Shown: positions 12,633-27,065, counted from the stretch's first letter. The stretch is 64,000 nt of DNA from Toensbergia leucococca (GCA_022813965.1 JALDZS010000065.1:1-64000), one strand, 5' to 3'. Notes: a model not told the origin generated them from the letters alone. Numbers and translations are program-made.

Positions 12633-14331
12633 TCACCATCCTTTTTGATGGTATTCTCCAAGTCCATGATCGAAGTAATGGTTCCACGAATTAGTCCTCG
12701 ATGAATCCGATGAGCCCTGACTGTGGATTTGTCCAGGGTACTCCTGAAGATTGGCCACGTCATGTGCTGTATGTCTTCGTTTCACGACAGCGTTGGCAGT
12801 TGTGCTCTTTTGCTGGCGTTCCCATAGTAGATGCTTCCTCAGCGATTCTGTAAGCTCAGTAGCCAGCATATTGCGACGCGTAGTTCGTGGTGAGAGAGCC
12901 GGCGGGTGTGTGTTGGAGGTAGTCACTATAATAGGTCTCGACCGTGGGATTTCAGGAGCGTGCATAGTAAGGTCTTCTTCTGGTGAGGATGCTATCGACT
13001 GACCGTCCGGAGATGACACCTCTGACCTTCGCATCGCTGGTGTTGACCTGGATGCCATGGTTGCAAGTGCAGTCGCTCGGTCCTTTTGATGCATGAGTGT
13101 AGTAAGAAGTGATCTTCGAGAGGTGAGGTTGGGTTTCGAGTCAACCCGTTGGAAAAGCTGCTTCTCATTCACACTTGATTCGCCGCTCTCCATGGGGGAA
13201 TCCTCCCAGTCCGAGTCGTCTTCTTCTTCTTCAATAGCACTCTCTGATACACCTTCATCATCCGACTCAAACACTTCTTCATCTTCGTGCGATTTATTAA
13301 AGATAATCCGCGACTCCACCTCATCTTTGAACGACGTCTGCTTTTTGGTAGTCATTGGCTTCTTCAAACCAGCAGACAGAGAGCTTTGCGGCGGTTGAAT
13401 TGACATCTGTTCCTCGAAAGAGCTGTCGTCCTCGCCCGAAGAGCCTCCCAGTAAAAACATGCCCCCCTTTTTCTTCTGCTCCTCGGCCTTTGTGTGAGTA
13501 ATGGATTTGGTAGGAACCGAGGTAGGAGCAAGGTGCGTGTGCGAGCGAAACGATGATGAGATTTGGCTTGGTGAAAACCCGCGGACAACACTGTGCGAGG
13601 TCATAAGTTCAGCGCTCGTATCGGAGCCAACAGTATGCATTGCTCCGAGATCACTATCTGGGCTGCTTAGAGGGTTGGTGGATGACGAAGAGTCGGAGAA
13701 ACGAAGTGGAGCATGTGTTGTTGGTGATGCTGCACGAGGAGTAATATTTGTGGATGGGAATGTAGCTGGGACAGCTTCGGCTATTGAGGGAGATAATGGT
13801 TCCAACTCCTTCTTCTCTTTGATGTTGAATATCATCTTCTCCAATCCTAGCGAAGTGATGTGCTTCTCAGTTCCCCTACTCGTACTGCTAATCGATTCTG
13901 TGCTTCGTGTTGGGGATGATTTGATGTCAACAGGCTCAGTTCGAAATTGACTGCTATAACCTGATCGTTCTATCTCGTCCGAGGACACCGAGTCGACACT
14001 GGCCGATAACTCGGGAATATCATGTGAGCGTGGTCGTGGGGTTGCGACATCAATTGCAGGTGTAGTGGTGAGTTGCGGTTGGGATTCGCAACAAAAGGTT
14101 TCTCGATTCCATAATCTCCAGCTCAAATTCTCTAATCTTCGACCTTCCTCCATAGAATCTGCGCACTTTGAGAAGACTGGTAGAGAATTGTCGTCAGTTT
14201 TCATCGTCAGAGTGCAATGTGGCGGGCTTACCAGTCCACATGCCAAATAGATTCCCCACATTCCTGGGGTCGACCTTGTGCATTTTGGCCGCGTCCACGG
14301 TGAGCACCGTAGTTGCCAATCGTATAGGCAT
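12633..14331 (-). CDS. DUF1752 (N-term) / DUF3295 (C-term) domain protein
   Basis: Exon 1 MPIRLATTVLTVDAAKMHKVDPRNVGNLFGMWT, intron 14177-14231, then VFSKCADSMEEGRRLENLSWRLWNRE; C-terminal SPRTTRRNMLATELTESLRKHLLWERQQK and EYHQKGW*. Confidence 0.88.
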
Positions 14332-17300
14332 GATATTGAGAGACTCGCAAAATGAAAGGTCGAAGTTGTGGTCACGATCAATGATTTAAGTGTACTTGTA
14401 TTGAGAAGCTGTGGCCAATGTTGAGGATTGCGTCAGGGTGGAATTGGGGTGATGTGTGTGGTCGAGCTCGGTGGGTAGATCAGTGAAAAATGAGATGGAG
14501 ATTGCGAATAGAGATGAGATATGGTGGATAAGGAATTAATGGGGAATAACGAACGTAGGTCTTAAGATTAATGGGGGGGGATGTAACGGTAAGGCGGTGG
14601 AGGAGGACGTGGTTTTGTCTGTTCACTGGGTGTGTGTTGCCCAAGGCGGCGTTCCGGCGCAGTGAGTTGGGTAGGTAGGTACGGTACTCCGTATTCTAGT
14701 TGTGACAAAACGAAAGTCAAAGATCGATTAAAGCCCGGCTGCATGGGGGGGGGCGAGGGAGAAATCGGGGAACGGGGGTTAATGTTACAGTACACGATGG
14801 TATAAAGGAAGCACCTTGTAGATTCCATCATCTCCAATCTTTCCAGCCTAAAATAAGAATGGTACCGGGGAAGTGGGAAGACGGTCAACACCCATCTCCC
14901 TGCTCCGGCCTAGTCGTCCCTCCCTAAGTACGAGTACTAGGTACGCAAAGAGCAGGATACTTTCATCCTCTAACACTATTACTATTTCCCGTCACAAATA
15001 AGATTGAGGGGACCGATGTCTCGGCCCTTTCGCTGTGGAGCGGGGATGCACAATCTGGCCGACAAGGTCAATGCTGATAGCTTATACCCGTTCCAGTGCT
15101 GATGTGATGGATCGGTAGATGGATGGCAAAGGGAAAGTGCCTCTCTCATAATTATTGTTTCTGATCAGGGCCTAGACAACTGCAGGGAATTGCACGCCCT
15201 ACTACGGAACCTCACTGGACTGAAATGGAAGCTGAACAAAGCGAGAAAGCCTTCCCCCGGCCCCCCACTCTCTTGCATCCATCGGACTCCTGAATTCGAC
15301 ATGTCAAGGAGACACACCCCACACGTGGCACCTGGGAAGAGCCACAAAGCCACCAAAAGTCACTCTAACGCCACCGGTATTCTTAATCATTAATCAACCA
15401 AGATAACGTTGCACTGCGCAATGCATCACATGCTGCTACGATCATCCAACCCCAAAAGAAATATGGTGGATTGCTTCTGCCATCGGGCATAACAGTACAT
15501 TATGGATGGGGAAGAGCAGCATGGGCATTAGGAAGAATGACTGGTTTGCCCTTCGCTTAAATGGGATGCGCTCATCATCACAAAGACATTTCCTTCCACA
15601 TGGCCGAATGCAGGCCGTTGTGCAATACTATCATTATTAGAATACACCTCACCGCTTGATCCCGCCGTCGACATGAAATACCGAGAGTTGAAAGTTACGA
15701 TATAATGACTGATTGTTTAACTAAGAATATATGAAAACAAGCCATGAGTCAGACATGCATAATCCAGTTGATTCGCGCCGTCTTTCCTACTCGTCATGCT
15801 CAAGAGCAATGTACGAGTACTCATCCAGGCTAGAATTTGGCAGCCCTCTAAATATATCTATTTGAAATCTGAGGGCCATCAGACCTCGGAGGCTCGTTCT
15901 GTGCTGAGTAACGTTGTACAGCACACGATGGCGTCAAGGTGCAGCTGTCGCTTGTATAAAGTAGTGACAGCTCATGTGATGACTTTTAAGTTGGGTTGGT
16001 CGTGACAGATCTCCTTTCAGACCCGACGTGCCGCCAACAGGAGAACGAGGCTGAGATCTTGATGCAGCTTCGCCCGAGAAATCGATATGTTTGCATTGCC
16101 TTGCCTTTTCTCAGCTGTGTTATTATTATTAACATCACCTGTGCACCGACCATTGGGTGGGATCCATGCGCTGTTAGCCTCTGGTAAACTTTATCCCCAC
16201 GAATGGCTATGAGCTAAACAGAGCACGAGAGCTACTTTAGAAATCTCTTCGGACAGCGATCCTCTACCTCCCAACCACTGCCGACACGTTGAACTCTGGA
16301 GAAGACAGCAAATTTGGCTTTTGATGCAATAAATGAATGTACCGGAGAAGGGACAGGTCCGCGACTGTGGTATAACTCAAACGCATTCGGCGACCAAGGT
16401 CTAGGTACAAGTACCAATTGAGTGACGTTACGGTAAGCATGCGCCGTGGTTTGCGCAACATTGTGAGACTCGGATCCCCCCACGGATTGAGATCTTCGCC
16501 GCAAGCAGACATTCCCTTTCCACACAGCTGAGACACCCGGTAACGACTGGACCTATTTGATTCCTGTCATCAATGTGACACGCGAGCGAAGCTTACATGG
16601 TCAAGGTAAGAAATCAATTGGTGATGTTGGTACGATTGTGATCCACGGATAGGCAAGGTAAATACCTAGTATAAGGGACCAGGGACTAAAGTAGGAACGC
16701 CACTGACCGCTATATTTGCTGGACGGGTCCGGGGCAGTCGGAGCGGTCCCACCCCTTGTCCATCGCTAAAGCAGGCTGAATCTGGGGAAAGCAGGCTCGC
16801 TGCATTGTTGACTTGTCTACGATCTTGGCTCCTTGGGCAGCGGTGACTTAACCCTGTTTTTGACCGCTGCTGCAAATGAAGCGCAGCTTGTCGCTCTAAT
16901 TACCCTACCTGTAGGGGTCAAGGTACGAGTAGAAGGGTAATATTCATTAGGCGTGCGAATGATATGAAGCCATGAGCAAGTCTTTAGCCGACGGAAAAAT
17001 CCGGGTATAGGGCCGAAGAAAGCCTCGTCCCAGGTCCAAAGCCAAACCTGAAAAGTCCCAAGATGGTCTCGAATCTCCACATTACCCGGCCGGCGGGCCA
17101 TTACAATATTCTATCGGCGCTTCTTCTTCACCATCTTCACCATACCTGGCGATCACCACGTGCCGTTACTGATCTACTGCTTGGAATACCCAGTAACCCA
17201 CATCCCTACTTAGTGCCTATTCTGCTACTTTAGTGATCCTACCCTGGATTGCCCAATGTCTGAAACAAGCTCAGACATTGTAAAGCCGTTGGATCCATCT

Positions 17301-20300
17301 TCTGTTCCGTGCGTCCCATTGACTTCTCCCTTCCCCTTTTGTGTCACGAGGAACACATCTTACTCCTCCTTCCCACCACCAGTGACCCCCACAACGTCAA
17401 GCAACACGCGTTGGTCATCCTGTGAATGTTACCATGCGAGCACGTGGGGGTTCCCCCTTCCCGTCCACGCCCTCCCGTTATCGGCGGAAGGAGCCAACCC
17501 GCCGTCCCGATCCTCATCCTCAACTCAGAGTCCCATTTCCCGTGAGTACCGTCTTGACATACCCCCCCTTGTCAATATTGAGTCTCCCGGACTTCCCCAG
17601 CGGACCGGACCTTCCCCAAGCGACATTGCAATGAAAGCTGATTACTGATTGGGCTACGTTACTCGGCCACGAATGGGAAAGCAAGGAATCATTGAAACAA
17701 ATCAAGAACATTTCCACTGAGCTGAACAGTCTTGGCGAATGTGCTGTTGCCATGGCACTCGCAGCGTGACATGACTGTTCAACAAGTCGAATCCTGAGGG
17801 GGCAAACCCCCACGCCAGTTCGGCCCACGGAACGCCAAGTAGGTTCCCCAATCCCAACCGTCACATAAGGGTGCTGTACAAGATGGAATCTCTTCACATA
17901 ATCGGCAGGGTTAGTGTTCTAATATGCCATACCTAAGCATCGAGTTTTAGGTGAATTATCTCAACTACAACCGAATCGTAGTAATACTTTTCTTCACTAC
18001 GACTTCGTATCGGAATGTTTCAATGTTTCAATTCACTTGTACAGTATACGGATTCGGGAACGGCCCGACGCAATCATGAATATGTGATAGAGTACCGGCA
18101 GCCGTACCGTACTCCCTTTATGTGGACGGGATTGAGAGGAGGGTGGCGTCCCCCTAAAAGTGCTTGTTTGCCGTATGGTTACACAGGCTTATGCACTCGT
18201 ACTCGTAGCCCTTCATTCCAAGAAAAACGCTTTTCAGCATATCCAGTCCAAATATCAAAAACTTTGAAAAGAAAGACAATATTTAGTCAGGTTTTGATCT
18301 CTTGATAGCTCAAAATTCCACACGGGCCCTTGGGCTGTATAGGATAGAATTATGTCCACCACGATACCAGGCCGCTTTCAGGGCTTCACCATCCGTGCGA
18401 AACGCAGTTGAAACGATATTCTAATCAACATGAGTCCTCGAAAAAGATCCGAATTTTACCTCCGAGGGTAAATGTCAAAGAACGAGTATTAATTTCTGTG
18501 CCGCTTTTTTCTTTTCTCCATATGATGGTTACACACTCAGACAAACAACCCCATTATTCCCGTCATACGTTGCATTTTCTCACAAGCTGTTCAGTTCGCA
18601 CTTTTTTCCCTTGCAATCCATTCCTTTTCTCTCTTTCTCTGCCCAGATTAGACTCGGTGGTTTTTTCAACAGGGAGGGGGGGACACGTTTGAAGGATGAA
18701 GCGATTATCTCCACATCTGCATGACATGGACGAACCATGACACCGGTTTCCAAGGAAACCTTCTTTTCAAAGATTTGTCAACATGCAGTCTTCGGTTGAT
18801 AGGGATATGGAGTTATGATATCCGTCATATGTTCCTAAACCCGAGCATCGATTCACCCCCGAGAAACCGAAAGATCATTGACAACCGCCTCAGTGACACA
18901 TCTGAACATCTCGTGCCCTGATGAATTCCATTGTTCCTCATCTCCGAGTCTACTTTCACCAAACAAAGTGCGATTTACTCCTTCGTCTGATTTCTTCACA
19001 CCAATCAATCTCGTGAATCCTTTCTCCCTTCTCCTACCCGAAAGAAAGAGCAAATCTACCACCTCCCCCCCTTTCCGCATGCTAACAAATCACTACACTC
19101 AAACAACCCATAATGCCCTCAAACCCCATCACCGTAACTCGATTCAGCACCACGCACCTCCTTCCCCAAGCGCTTTCCCCACCCCGAAAAGCCAATATTC
19201 CCGTCGCCCCCCCGGCCCCCTTTCCCAAGCTCGACAACCAACCACCCACCTTTTCGAAGTCCTTCTTCCTCGTTCAGCGCATCATCTATAACCCACCCCC
19301 CGACCCGCAAAAATCACATCTACCAAGGAATCCCATGAGGGCCTTTTCACCGGCTCTTCCCCCCTTAACGTTCCAACATCAAAGAAACTCACCCTCCCAG
19401 CAAACCAAACTACTCATCCATCCCAAAGCGCCTCTCCTTTCGTCCGCATCCACCGCCCCTCCCTCTAACGGTGAGTGAAACGTCCTTCTTTCAGAGTCCT
19501 CGCATTCTCATCCCTCACCCATTAAACCCCCCATCCCTTCCTTCTTCCCCTTCGATTCAAGAAAAATGGCAAGAGACGAGGAATTCCAAGGCTAGCGATC
19601 AAAATGTAAGCGCTCTGCGTGAGCCCCCTCCCCCCCCCAGAATCGTGCGGCTTCCCAATAGTCTGCAAAGTCAAATGACCGATTATACACTGGACTGAAA
19701 GAGCAGTCTTAAGTCGCAGCTTTCAATGAATTAGCTTTCATCAATCCTTCGTCGGCATGGTCCAAAATATCATTCATCTAGAAAGATTTCAAGCAGCTCT
19801 GCAGGTCGACCTCCTCGAACCAACATTATGGCCGATCTTCAAAATCCGGGATATTTTAGTATTCTTTAGGTACCTCTCCAAGCACTGGCATTTGCCGTCC
19901 ATTCGATGGATTCATTGACGTCAACAGACGCGATCATGAGGAAAGTATTCGAATTGCTACAAACCTGAAAGCCTTAGGCAACATCATTGACCCATATGCC
20001 TGCTTCATTTTGGGTGAGGGTCGAAATGCTCGAAAGCCCACAGATTGTGCAAGACATCCTGGCTGAAAGTCAGGCATGAGCACTCTATCTGCTATCGGTC
20101 GTGTGTTTCTCATCATGCTTCCCTCTCGATCTTGCATTTGGGAAGGTCAGTCGTGTCTCTCATGGTGTCCATCTTCTGCAGACCAGCTATTACACTAAAA
20201 GAGTCGCTCTCACTACAGGACACAATCTTGCTGCTGTCTACACTTCAGCGGCTTCATCGTAATTGAAGCACTAAGTATTTGAGAGAGCTTGAGGTTCCTA

Positions 20301-20346
20301 TAGATATATGGATGTCGTCCTCATTCTCGTCGTATGATAGAAGTTT

Positions 20347-23300
20347 CTACCATGTACTACCTCGTAGTCTAAGTTCTCCAGCCCCGGGTGTTGCAACGAG
20401 CTGAGTATCCGAAGTTGTATTGCACACACCGACGTACGTATTCGGAGGTGCAAATGATACGGATAGATCCCCAGCGATACCCGATCCTTGGATAGCCTTC
20501 AATTCCGCTATCTTCTCAAGGATCATTTTCCAAAAGGTACTGCTTGTTTCGGTTTGTTTCCTTCCTTGCCGAATCGCCTCCACCGCCTCTAAAAGCTCGT
20601 TGCAAGTCGCAAGGCTACGGTCGATCTTCCCTTGCTTCTGGTAGCACTCTACAAGAGTCCATAACGCGTCCCATCTGTCCGGGTGATCGCTAATGAATGC
20701 TGCTGTTTTGTATCTGTCTGGCCTGGAAATGTCTAGGAGGAATGCTTCTGCTTCGCCATAGCGTTTTTGCTGAATCAGAAATTTGGAGTGGTGGTTCCTG
20801 GCGCTCAAAACGCCTAGATGGTGATCTCCAAGATGGCGAGCAGCCACTGGTAATATCGTGCTGAACAAACTCTCGGCTTCGTCGACATCTCCCATCTCAG
20901 CTTTGATACGGCCGAGAGTACCCTGTGCCATCCATGTCTCGGGCTGTTTGTCGCCAAGCTGCTTTTTACATTGCTCGACAACAAAGGTTGCGTGTCTGTG
21001 TGCAGTCTGCAGATACCTGTGCGAAAGCTCAACGTTTGAGTTCTTGTGCACACTACTAAGCTCTTTGTAAGTGATGGCTAATTCTTCCGTGGCGATTAGG
21101 GTTTTCATGTCCGTCTCTCCTAAGCAATGTTTCAAGCCTGCTGCAGCATTTTCTTGGTGCTGCCTAGCCTCTTCAAATCGGAAACAAGCTCGTAGGCTTA
21201 TGCCCAATTGCTCTAGGGCTTGGTATATCGCTGGATCTGTCTCTGGAAGCTCGGTCTTCATTCCAATCATTGCTTGAGTGAGGAGCTCAATAGACTCCGC
21301 GAGTCGACCTTGCTGACGGCGACTTTCTCCGAGCCTTGCCATGAGTCTAAGCGTTCGAGGATGATCTGGGCCCAAAGTCTGCTGGTTGGCCTGGAATACC
21401 TGCTCGTGGACATCTGCCGCTTCTGTGACCCGACACTGATGCCATAAACAGTCAGAAACCGCGAGTTTGGCTCTTTCTGTTCTTGGATGGTTTGGGCCAA
21501 GGAATCTTTGGTTGAAGTCCGTTACAATCCTCAGACAAGCCTCACCCTCCACAAAATCGCCACACTGCGTGTATACGATAGCAGATTTAGCCAAAAACAT
21601 TGCTCTCCATGGACTGATGCATGATTCAAGTGCTGGCCAAGGTCTCAGGCGCTCACATCGTTTCCTCGCAAATTCTAGCTCAATCTTTCGTCGAAGTTTA
21701 CCTACTGAAACAATATGAGGAAGCAATTTTCTGGCAAGATCACCACGAGGATCGACCGACTCGTTCAATGGTGGGAGTAAGATACAACGCGAGAGGGTAT
21801 GTAGCGCCGCTTCGCACCAAACTGCTTGATCTCGAACTTTCATCTGAGGCCTTTGTCGAACCCAAGTGTGGACCAGAGGATGCATCGAATAGCTGTCGGA
21901 AGCCTCGTAATGGGTTATTAAGGACAGCCGGGTGAGTAGATGCAAGGCTTCACGGAGTCTGACGTTGAAATCATCAGGGGGGCTGGAGAGCTCTGCATCT
22001 CGAAGAAACGTTGGGAGAACAACAGGATTTTGGTTTTCGAATTGTCTCAACAACAATGAATCAACCATAATTCGAAGTTGCGTCCGCCATGCGTTGAGAT
22101 ACTGCTTGAAGGCATGACTACTCGAATCTGCGCTATTCGTGAGCTTTGTCCCTTGGGAGTCAGCCTCTCGTTGAATTCTAGGATACTTGACAGCTGCGAT
22201 CAAGATGTCGAAATGAATATTCTCATAATGCAGAAATGAGAAGAGCTTCAAGATTTGTACTGCATCGTTGTATCTCTGCAAGTTTATGGCCTCTAAGCCC
22301 CGGAACACGATTTCATAGCTTGCATAGACCTTCATGTATTCAGGATCATCCTCATTTTGACCAGATCTATTTTGGCTCTGGCGAATCATCTCCCAGCTCC
22401 GCTCGTAATAAGGAATGTAATTATTCAGCTTGCAGTATCTGGCTTTGATTGCATTACCTGCGTGTATGAGAGCAAGGGGCAAAGCCCCCAGCTTCTTCGT
22501 AATTGCCGACGCTAGTTGCATTACTTTTGGCGTCCGAGGCTCATTGTTATCGGCCGCTCTGAAAAGTAGCTCACTGGCCTCTTCATCGTCCAGCCTCTCG
22601 AAGTGATAGAAACGCCGACCAATTGTCCCATGCATCTTGACATCAGGGTTACGTGTAGTTATGAGTGTCAAGCCATGCTCGCCATCTGGGAAGTATTGCT
22701 CAATCTCCAATTCGGTATCGTCGGCATTGTCGATAAGGAGCAGCCAAGGGCGATCACTACTCGATAGCCAACTTTTCGCTGCACGTTCATTTGGATCCGT
22801 TCCGCAAGCTTTAGCGATCGCTATGAAGCTTTGCTGAGCGTTGCTCGGCGAGCTGGCATCAACGGTGAAAACACCCCAGAACCTGGAATGATCAGACATG
22901 CTACTCGATTGGATAGACTCATAGATATACCGTTGCTTATTGTCCGAAGCAAACTTGCAGCAAAATTGGGTCTTGCCAGCACCGCCGAGGCCAAATACGA
23001 CGAATCGTTTATGCGTGGGATGACCCTCACGTGAAGCATGGGACGAATCGAATGCTTGCTTGAGCCCATCCAAGTAGCCCTTCCTACCTGTGTAGATGCT
23101 GGAAACGGCCTTTGGTGTGTCGAAATGCTTGTTTAGACGAAGTGTGGATGCAACCGCTGTTGCAGAGTGTAAAGAATCGTGCAGCTATGCGGGTTATTTG
23201 TGCATTGTATACCAAAAGGATGTTATCTTCTTACAGTGTCAGTGTCAGTCGAGGAAAGCCTTGCCTGCAGAGAAGCTATTTGCTTATGTAACCTGAACCC

Positions 23301-23860
23301 AAAGAGCTGAGTGTCTTTAGAGCTTTTTTGTGTGTACATCCTGTACCGCATTAGAATGTCCAATGACTTGCTATTCCAAGGGCAAATACGAACAGGTTAA
23401 GCAACGTCAGCGATACGCTTAGGCTTTCACGATGGACGGAGAGCTTGAGCCGGATCTTTTCAAGTTCGCCATCTTTTGCCTGCTTCCTCAAATGCTTCTT
23501 GATACCGTCCCGCCGTCCTGTCACTTTCACCCCACTACTTCCAATTATTGCTTCCAGCACTTTACGCAAGTCTGCCAAAGTTTCAGAGCATTTCTTTAAG
23601 GTATTGGCGATATTTTGCCACACCTCCACATCCTGACGCGGAAGCTCTGGAAGTCCGAAGATATAATCGGCGGCCTCGGTTCTATGTAATTGCTCTATAG
23701 ATTTGTTCACGGAGTCCAGATCTTGCATTTCTCGAAATAAGGATCCTATGTCATCTTCAAACGAGGCGGCTGCTTCATAGACGTCTTTCAAATACTTTCC
23801 AAGCTGAACACTCATCTCGACCAGCGAGCCAACCCCGACAACCACGGAGAATGGGTCCAT
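20347..23860 (-). CDS. Fungal NLR-like STAND protein: HeLo-like/SesA-type N-terminus, NB-ARC, TPR repeats
   Basis: ORF 23351-23947 (from MDPFSVVVGVGSLVEMSVQLGKYL) joins in frame through two short introns to HFDTPKAVSSIYTGR and ORF 20347-23073. Walker A GLGGAGKT, Walker B WLLLIDNADD, ITTR, GALPLAL, MHPLVH; TPR repeats LGPNHPRT/LGPDHPRT/LGDHHLGV. Confidence 0.9.
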
Positions 23861-25176
23861 GGTTGGCTGCAATTGCGATGGAACATGGAATTTGTAAGGT
23901 CTTTCATGGAGACACAGACCGTCGCCGCTCTTGTTCTTTTTCACCACGTGCGAATGTACACGAGATGATGGGCAGAAATATAAAAAACGGGGAGATATGA
24001 GCTATACGTTGTTGAAGATGCTCAGGCGCTGGTTGATGCTATTCGTGCACAGCGAAAGGTGGCAACCCATAGAAACTGTGTAAATTTGTGACATATGTAG
24101 AATGGAGGAGAACGCGGGAGACCCTGAGATGTCCAGGCAGCTCGAGAAAGAATATTTGGGATTCAGCTGGAAGGAGGTGGTCACCACGAGGTCCTTTATC
24201 GCATGTAAGTCTTTTTGACCAAGCTAGAGACGTATGTTCCAAACGTAGACAATGGTGGTTATGCTCCTCCGGACTTGGCATATAGATGCCTTTGTAGGAC
24301 ACAGGCAATAAAGCGAAGTGAAGAGGTTGATCCACGATTGGGGCATAGATGGCAGAAAACCTGGCCAAATCTCCAGCAGGGTGGTACAATTACGGCAACA
24401 CCTGTGTCTTCTTTCTGCGGGGCGGGCTACACACAAGGTTGATTCGAATCTAAGACCAGGCTGAACATATGCACCTAGAATAGCAGCCAAATGATGGCGA
24501 TAACGGAACGAGTTTACGCGCATCGCTACCATTTATTTAGGCAGGAGTGTGCGGGGATGCGGTGAGGTGCATCCAACCAAGCAGAGCTCTCGGATAGCCG
24601 CCTTCGGGGAACGGCAGCTCAGAGACAGGTGTGATAAGGTACGCTTTAGCGCTGAAACGCCGGATCCTTCCAGCTTTCGAGCATTTGACACCAACGGCTC
24701 TTCAGTCCCCGCATCTTAGCATATTATGCAGGGGTTGACCGCCAATGGCTTAGCGATTTCTCACCAAACAATCGGCGGTTAATTTTCCACCTACCCTCGT
24801 ATGTATTTCAACTTGCTGCACGCCTTCAACGAATAAAGGAGAGTTTGCCCACGTGAGCACTTTGCAGCTTTTTCGCGTGGTCTTCGAAGTCAGATAAAGC
24901 AGCTTAAAACGATGCACCTATATCCGCTAAGCAGCTAATTTTCCTTCCGGGGCGCATCATAACTCTTGACGGACGCGACCAGACAGGACCTAGTAATAGA
25001 AAGCCGAAACCGTCAGTGAAAATATTAGGCCAGGGGTCGCAATCCCGGAATATTTCTGACTCTATCAAAAGTCGAGGCTTTGCAAGATTGGCCATATTCT
25101 TGACGTGGCCAGTCAGCCTTGTATAATGTCGCCGGCGTGGTTTAAGACTCCTGGTACTCCGGAAGCAGAATATACT

Positions 25177-27065
25177 ATGAGCACTCACCTGCGAGAGTCT
25201 CCCAGCCTTGGCTTTATTGTTGCTGTGACGGTCATGGTGCTATACTTGACTTTCCAACGTTTAAATACTAAGCGGGTAAGCTGCGGCTTTGGAATCATTC
25301 GATCATTACTGATATGAATACAGGCAGAAACACTTTTTCAGCAAAGCCACGGCTGTGGCCCCCCTCGTCTACTTCAATACAAATGGCCATTTGCATTGGA
25401 CCTTGTCTTCGAGGCCTTTCGCATCATCGAAGAAAAACAGGCTATGCAGTGGTTTGTCAACATTTTCGATCGAACGGGACCAACCTTCGAGCAGAAGATT
25501 CTTGGCGTCCAGAGTATCGACACTGTCGAGCCAGAAAACATCGAGACCATCTTGTCTGATCAATTCTCAGGTAAGTTGATCGGCCTTTGACTGCGGCTGA
25601 GAGGTTATGATACCAGAGCAGTAGTTCAGTGACAGCTCCTTAACTTCACATGGCAGTATACGGGCTTGGTGCGCGGACTCCCACCTTCGCTCCCCTCCTA
25701 GGATCAGGAATATTCACGCAGGATGCCGCCCCATGGAAGCACTCTCGTGACATGTTACGTCCCCTTTTTTCACTTAACCGTGCAAATATCTTTACACAGG
25801 TTGAAGAGCATACAGAGCATTTAGTGAACTGCGTACCTACAAATGATTTCATTGACTTACAGCCTTTGTTCTTCCAATTCACGTTCGATACCACTACCTT
25901 CCTGCTCTTTGGCAAATCGTTGAATTCCCTACAATCAGCGTCGACGCGACATGTGGCAAGTGCTGGCGAAGCTCAATTCTCAGAGTCTTTTCGTATCGCT
26001 CAGGATTACCTTTTCCGTCGCAGCCGTCTAGGAGGCCAGTACTGGCTGATTGGAGGAAAAGATTTCCGAAAGCATTGCTCAATTGTGCACCGATTTATTG
26101 ACCAAGCAGTACAAGAAGCTCTCTTGGTAGGTAACCAAGATTGCGAAGCTACAGACGTGCGTAGCTTCCTGGATGCCTTGATTCAGACAACACGCGATCC
26201 CAGAATCTTGCGTGACCAGCTGTTGAATGTCTTACTGGCAGGAAGAGACACAACAGCATGCTGTCTGACATGGACATTGTGCGTCATCTGTCGAGTGCTA
26301 GCGAGCAACGAATTTCCCACTGACAGTGCACAGTCGACTTCTTGCACAACATCCAGGAGTCTTCGCAAAACTTCGCAGTGAAATACGTGCTATTGTCGGC
26401 GTGGGGGAGGAGTCGAAATTGCCGGACAGAAACAGCCTTAAGAGGATGACATATCTAAACCTTGTCTTCAAAGAAGGTATACCTATGTCCATGTTCATAC
26501 CTGTCATTGGGCGAACTTCGAGCAATGTTTGCTAATGAATGCACACAGTCCTTCGACTCTACCCATCTGTGCCGCTCAACTCTCGCAGTGCACTAGAGGC
26601 TACCACGCTCCCAACAGGCGGCGGTCCAGACGGAACCAAGCCACTAATGATCAAAAAGGGCGAATGCGTGGGGTACTCCGTCTATGTGATGCATCGGCTG
26701 AAAAAGCTGTACGGCGAAGATGCCGATTTATTTCGTCCGGAGCGTTGGGATCCAGATGTGAACAATCCAGTTAATCTCAAAGACATCGGTTGGGGTTATC
26801 TACCCTTCAATGGGGGGCCTAGGGTCTGCTTAGGGCGTAAGCCATTCTTTCTCGATTTCTTGTGGTCATGGCCGAAATTTTCTGACTTTTTCCAGAGGAA
26901 TTTGCGTTGCTAGAGGCTGGATATGTGGTGGTGCGCATGTTGCAAAAATTCCGGAGCCTTGAGTTGGACCCGAGGGACAAAGATGTTGCTGTGGGTGCTG
27001 AAAACCAGGAAGTCACCCTTGTAATTGCTAGTACGAATGGATGTCGGGTCAAAGCAGTTGAGTAG
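25177..27065 (+). CDS. Cytochrome P450, CYP52-like (alkane/fatty-acid hydroxylase clan)
   Basis: N-terminal TM anchor; [11 protein letters not shown]-helix [12 protein letters not shown]; ExxR ([11 protein letters not shown]); FRPERW; heme motif [13 protein letters not shown]; five GT-AG introns keep the frame. Confidence 0.92.

Noticed and set aside
16520..16580. GCTGAGA...CCCG as a possible TPP riboswitch
   Set aside because: The downstream TGAT/ATAAT/GCG core is missing and there is no thiamine gene context.
16840..17920. TAACCCT-like motifs as a possible telomerase RNA template
   Set aside because: No full TAACCCTAA template or other recognisable TER elements were seen; 7-mers are expected by chance.
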